Below, in pieces: positions 61,734 through 64,000 of a stretch of 64,000 nt of DNA. A program made the position numbers and the translations under genes. The stretch comes from an uncultured bacterium (GTDB lineage: Bacteria > Hydrogenedentota > Hydrogenedentia > Hydrogenedentales > JAEUWI01): NCBI GenBank assembly GCA_963977445.1, contig CAXBPH010000002.1, positions 15,809-79,808 on the forward strand. The letters run 5' to 3'. The notes beneath the pieces were generated by a model. That model saw nothing but the letters and a program-made list of their open reading frames with translations. It made no database searches and had not been told where the DNA came from. Numbering within the stretch: the stretch's first letter is position 1; every line of letters begins with the position of its first letter.

Positions 61734-63042
61734 ACCCCGCCCCACCATCATCGGATTGGCAGGCGGCACGGGTTCCGGCAAGACCACACTCACGGAATCC
61801 CTCATGGCCCACCTGGGCGACGACGCCGTGTTGCTACAGCACGACTGGTACTATCGCGATCAATCCGATGTGCCCTTGGCCGATCGGGCGAAGGTGAACT
61901 ATGATCACCCGGATGCGCAGGAGACGGACTTGCTCATTCGGCATATCAACGCCTTGCAGTCCGGTGAGACCATTGAAGCGCCCCAATACGATTTTGCAAT
62001 CCATAGCCGCGCGGAAGCGACCAAAACAATCGCGCCGCGGACCGTTGTCGTGGTGGAAGGGATTAACACCCTCGCCAACGCCACCTTGCGGGCCTGTTGT
62101 GACTTGACCGTTTTCGTAGACACCCCAGCGGATGTGCGCTTTGCCCGGCGGCTGCAACGCGACGTGGAAGAGCGGGGCCGAACCCCCGAAAGCGTGGTGA
62201 CCCAGTATCTGGGGGACGTGCGCCCCATGCATGAAAAATATGTGGAGCCCTGCAAAGATCTGGCCCACCTTGTCTTGTCGGGAGAAGTGCCGGTGGCAGA
62301 TTCCGTGGCAACGATTCTGGCGTGTCTACGCGTCGGGGAATCGTTCCACCCGAACGCGCTGTTGCTGAGCAATTCTACCATGGCCGGAGAGCCCTATCTC
62401 GCCTGGGCCCGGGCATCCATTGTCGAACGCCTTGATGGCGTTGCCGAAGCGTTGTTTATTCCCTATGCGGCCGTGGATATCAGTTACGACGAGTACACCC
62501 AGCGGGTGGCCAATGGCCTCGCCCCTACGGGCACCACAATCCGGGGTATCCACACGGTTGAAGATAAAGGCGCGGCGTTACAGGACGCCCAATGCATTAT
62601 CGTGGGCGGCGGCAATACGTTCAGTTTGCTCGCGGCCTGTCAACGCGAATCACTGCGACAATCTATCTGGGTGGCCATGAGAAAAGGGGCAACCTATATT
62701 GGCTGGAGTGCGGGCGCCAACCTGGCGTGTCCGACCATCAAGACCACCAATGATATGCCCATTGAGTCCGTGGCGGACTTTCGCGGGCTGGGGCTAATCC
62801 CATTTCAGCTCAACCCCCACTACACCAGCGCAACCGTTGCCGGACATGGCGGCGAGAGTCGCGATCAACGACTGCGGGAATGCGTCTTGCGGAATCCAGA
62901 CCTCCCCGTACTGGGACTGCCGGAAGGCATGTACCTCGACGTTGATTCCGGGGTGACGTCATTGGGTGGTGCCGGAGAAGCGTGTTGGTTTCGTGCGGGT
63001 GGCGTGACGGAACCGATTTCCGCAGGCGTGCTCGGCGATTAG
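61726..63042 (+). CDS. Uridine kinase fused to dipeptidase E (PepE, peptidase S51)
   Basis: N-term IIGLAGGTGSGKTT, DWYY, NYDHP, RRLQRDVEERGR; C-term LLLSNST, GGGNTF, IGWSAG, TTNDMP, NPHY, GHGGESRDQRL. Confidence 0.88.
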   Translation: MAEPRPTIIGLAGGTGSGKTTLTESLMAHLGDDAVLLQHDWYYRDQSDVPLADRAKVNYDHPDAQETDLLIRHINALQSGETIEAPQYDFAIHSRAEATKTIAPRTVVVVEGINTLANATLRACCDLTVFVDTPADVRFARRLQRDVEERGRTPESVVTQYLGDVRPMHEKYVEPCKDLAHLVLSGEVPVADSVATILACLRVGESFHPNALLLSNSTMAGEPYLAWARASIVERLDGVAEALFIPYAAVDISYDEYTQRVANGLAPTGTTIRGIHTVEDKGAALQDAQCIIVGGGNTFSLLAACQRESLRQSIWVAMRKGATYIGWSAGANLACPTIKTTNDMPIESVADFRGLGLIPFQLNPHYTSATVAGHGGESRDQRLRECVLRNPDLPVLGLPEGMYLDVDSGVTSLGGAGEACWFRAGGVTEPISAGVLGD

Positions 63043-64000
63043 TCTTTGCGGTCCCGGCTTGTTTCATATTCCCGTTCACGCAAGCGCCACCGAATGTCTT
63101 CCAGAAGCTGGCGATTGACCCCCATCAATTCTGCGAGAAAGCCCGCCACGATGAGGACGAAACTTACCATGAACAAAATGGCCGCCAGAATGAGAGACTG
63201 AAGGTGTCCGCCACCCAGTCCGCTGAAATGAAAATAGCTATAGCGGATACAGGGAATCAGCGCCAGAAAAAATAGAAAAATGCCGGGGACTACAAAGAAT
63301 CGAAAGGGCCGGTACGTCATGAAAATGCGCACGGTCGTGACGATAGAAACACGAATGTAATAGGCCGGGCTTTTCACCAGACGCGAGGGGCGGAGATCCA
63401 CATTGGTGCGAATGGGCACCGACGTGATGGCCATATTCTTGCGCCCTGCCTGTATGACGGTTTCCAAGGTGTAGGTGTAGGAGCCGAAGACATTCAGGCC
63501 CATGGCCACATCGCGGGTCATGGCGCGGAAGCCACTGGGCGCGTCGGGGATGCTCGTGTTACTCGCCATACGCACCACCCACGAACCCACCCGTTGCAGT
63601 ATTTTTTTCGAGGTGGAGAAATGTTGAATGTCGGCGATAGGACGTTCCCCGACGACAAATTCAGCATGCCCCTCCAGAATGGGCGCCACGAGTACGGGGA
63701 TATCGTCCGCATTGTACTGGTTGTCCGCATCGGTGTTGACGATGACGTCGGCCCCGGCCTTGATGCAATAGTTCAGGCCGGCAGTAAATGCCCGTGCCAG
63801 ACCCCGGTGTACATTGAGGCGCACGATGTGGTCCACCTCATGGTCACGGGCTACCTGCACCGTGCCGTCGGTGGAGCCGTCGTCGATGATGAGCCATTCC
63901 ACCACATCGAAGCCCTTCACCACGCGGGGCAGGGACTGCAGGGTCACGGGCAAGGTGCCCTCTTCGTTGTAACAGGGTATTTGAATAATTAGTTTTTTCA
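63039..64000 (-). CDS. Glycosyltransferase family 2 (start codon begins one base beyond the window)
   Basis: (M)KKLIIQIPCYNEE, IDDGSTDGT, NTDADNQY, DAPSGFRA; C-terminal TM helices. Confidence 0.92.
   Translation of the reverse strand, partial: KKLIIQIPCYNEEGTLPVTLQSLPRVVKGFDVVEWLIIDDGSTDGTVQVARDHEVDHIVRLNVHRGLARAFTAGLNYCIKAGADVIVNTDADNQYNADDIPVLVAPILEGHAEFVVGERPIADIQHFSTSKKILQRVGSWVVRMASNTSIPDAPSGFRAMTRDVAMGLNVFGSYTYTLETVIQAGRKNMAITSVPIRTNVDLRPSRLVKSPAYYIRVSIVTTVRIFMTYRPFRFFVVPGIFLFFLALIPCIRYSYFHFSGLGGGHLQSLILAAILFMVSFVLIVAGFLAELMGVNRQLLEDIRWRLREREYETSRDRKD

Overview
Gene-dense bacterial chromosomal window of moderately high GC, with no rRNA, tRNA, CRISPR array or intact transposase recognised. 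It holds planctomycete-type cytochrome c/DUF1592-DUF1552 and PSD1-DUF1501 pairs, carboxypeptidase-regulatory-like repeat proteins, DUF1573 and a Ser/Thr kinase-WD40. This suggests a Hydrogenedentota- or Planctomycetota-like organism (inference only). Housekeeping genes: thiG, metF, metH, a CLC antiporter, an alanine/glycine symporter, comF and glycosyltransferases. Signalling genes: two HDOD proteins and three histidine kinases. Most unusual elements: (1) a sigma54-type operon of three micro-ORFs (30242-30806, minus strand) sharing an acidic leader motif, two carrying consecutive segments resembling the N-terminus of the T6SS tube protein Hcp; (2) a GxxExxY nuclease-like gene inside a four-unit ~292-bp array, in which each unit has an inverted pair of 9-nt-periodic repeats plus a copy of the neighbouring gene's 3' end; (3) a secreted 12-Cys protein/DUF1573 cluster; (4) a PIN toxin with an unusually large upstream partner; (5) a uridine kinase-PepE fusion. 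All family calls come from motif recognition by eye; no database searches were run.
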